From the NCBI GenBank assembly GCA_052327205.1, contig CM126223.1, positions 18,910,001 to 18,974,000 on the forward strand: a stretch of 64,000 bases of DNA, given 5' to 3'. Position 1 is the first letter of the stretch. Each line of letters opens with the position of its first letter. The notes under the pieces were generated by a model, which ran no database searches, was not told where the DNA came from, and saw only the letters and a list, made by a program, of their open reading frames with translations. Positions 62,430 to 64,000 of this stretch are shown here, piece after piece. This stretch comes from Somniosus microcephalus (taxonomy: Eukaryota). A program made the translations under genes and the position numbers.

Positions 62430-63800
62430 CAATCTCACCTTCCATACCAGTGCTTCCGACATGTCTTCCTTTTTCCTCAACTGTGGATCCCCCATTACTG
62501 TGGTTGACACAGCCCTCGACCGTGTCCGTTCCATTTCCCGCACTTCTGCTCTCACCTCTTCCCCTCCCTCCCAGAACCACGATAGAGTTCCCCTTGTCCT
62601 CACCTTTCACCCCACCAGCCCCCACATTCAACGGATCATCCTCCGCCATTTCCACCACCTCCAGCGTGATCCCACCACCAAACACATCTTCCCCTCTCCC
62701 CTCCTTTCAGTATTCCGAAGGGACCGCTCCCTCCGCGACACCCTCGTCCACTCTTCAATCACCCCCAGCACCCCCTCCTAATCCCACGGCACCTTCCCGT
62801 GCAAGCACAGGAGATGTAACACCTACCCTTTTACCTCCTCCCTTCCCACTGTCCAGGGCCCCAAACACCCCTTCCAGGTGAAACAGCGATTTACTTCTAC
62901 TTCTTGCAATCTAGTACAGGAAACTCTCTTTTATCCGGCACCGACGGGACCAGCGTGGTGCCGGTTGATCAAAAAGTCCGGATTACAGAGAGGTATACTT
63001 ACCAAGGTACGAGAGCCCCGTACACGGCCACAGGTGCCGGAGCCCCGGTTACACGGCACTTGTGCAGGAGTCCCGGTTACACGGCCACAGATCCAGGAGT
63101 CCCTGTTGCACGGCCACAGGTGCAGGAACCCCGGTTACATGGCCACTAATATATAGTAAAACTTACCTGAACCTACTCCTGAATTTTGCCGGTTAAAAGA
63201 GAGTTTCCTGTACTGTATTCGCTGCTCACGATGTGGCCTCCTCTACATTGGGGAGACCAAACGCAGATTGGGTGATCGCTTTGCGGAACACCTCCGTTCA
63301 GTCCGTAAAGGTGACCCTGAGCTTCCGGTCGCCTGTCACTTTAGTTCTCTGTCCCACTCCCACTCTGACCTCACTGTCCTCAGCCTCTTACATTGTTCTA
63401 ATGAAGCTAAACATAAGCTCGAGGAACAGCACCTCATCTTTCGATTAGCGCTTTACAGCCTTGCGGACTCAACATTGAGTTCGACAATTTCAGTCCATAA
63501 CCACTGCCCCCATTTCTACGGACAGCAGGTGTTGGTAATGATTCTGCTTTTGTCATTTACACCTCCTCTAGACCCATCTTTTGTTTCTTTTATTGCCCCA
63601 TTACCACCCCCTCTTGTTTTGCTCCATCATCCCTTTTGTCATTTAATCTCCCCTGCCTTCCACCCTGTCACAGACCTTCCCTTTTGTTCTTTCCTCCCCT
63701 CCCCCCTTTCCCTGCCTCTGTACTTGCTTAAAACCTGTTACATCTCTAACTTTTGCCAGTTCTGATGAAAGGTCATTGAACTGAAACGTTAACTCTGTTT
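62430..63800 (+). mobile_element. 5'-truncated Penelope-like element (RT C-terminus, GIY-YIG endonuclease, 3' pLTR); an inverted pLTR follows at 63805-63990
   Basis: DRVPLVLTFHP..., then LV|YCIRCSRCGLLYIGETKRRLGDRFAEHL..PVACHF (YIG motif), then the pLTR with a hammerhead at 63758-63794. Confidence 0.88.
62917..63210. mobile_element. Tigger/pogo-like MITE inside the Penelope GIY-YIG coding region
   Basis: TA|CAGGAAACTCTCTTTTA...TAAAAGAGAGTTTCCTG|TA; internal ~28-bp tandem repeat. Confidence 0.88.
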
Positions 63801-63899
63801 CGATAGCAAAATACTGCGGATGCTGGAAATCCGAAATAACAACAGAAAATGCTGGAAAAACTCAGCAGGCCAGGGCAGCATCCGTGGAGAGAGAAATAG

Positions 63900-63936
63900 A
63901 GTTAACGTTTCAGGTCGATGACCCTTCGTCAGAACT
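63900..63936 (-). ncRNA. Minimal hammerhead ribozyme motif
   Basis: On -: AGUU-CUGACGA-A-GGGUC-AUC-GACCU-GAAA-CG-UU-AACU. Confidence 0.75.
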
Positions 63937-64000
63937 GAGAAAAAAAAGCAGGAATTGAAACAGATTAAGAAGCAGGTTAGGGGGCTGGGAAATGGGGAGC

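Overview
Vertebrate genomic DNA, most likely a shark or other cartilaginous fish. This is inferred from the repeat set: Deu-domain SINEs, many CR1 families, Penelope elements and a 44-bp minisatellite. The window holds one complete host gene on the minus strand, GAS2L2 (growth arrest-specific 2 like 2). It has 6 coding exons at 61115-60749, 33951-33710, 31382-31275, 23110-23014, 15987-15681 and 3207-1395, with GT-AG introns and matching phases. The 2934-nt CDS encodes 977 aa: a CH domain, a GAR domain and a long Ser/Pro-rich tail with an SxIP motif. The introns (2-27 kb) are packed with nested transposons: a near full-length Tx1-clade LINE, several CR1 LINEs, a Mag-like Gypsy LTR element, solo LTRs, hAT and Tigger-like MITEs, SINEs and Penelope derivatives. 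The most notable observations are: (i) the Tx1 LINE sits in the tRNA A-box of a SINE with a 16-bp TSD, so it may be a tRNA/SINE-targeting retrotransposon; (ii) short fold-back Penelope-derived elements carry minimal hammerhead ribozymes; (iii) two CR1 copies of one family inserted at the same register of the 44-bp minisatellite; (iv) a CR1 is nested inside an almost identical CR1; (v) an isolated perfect 25-bp hairpin lies in intron 5. Repeat family names come from recalled motifs, not database searches, and boundaries of old repeats are approximate.
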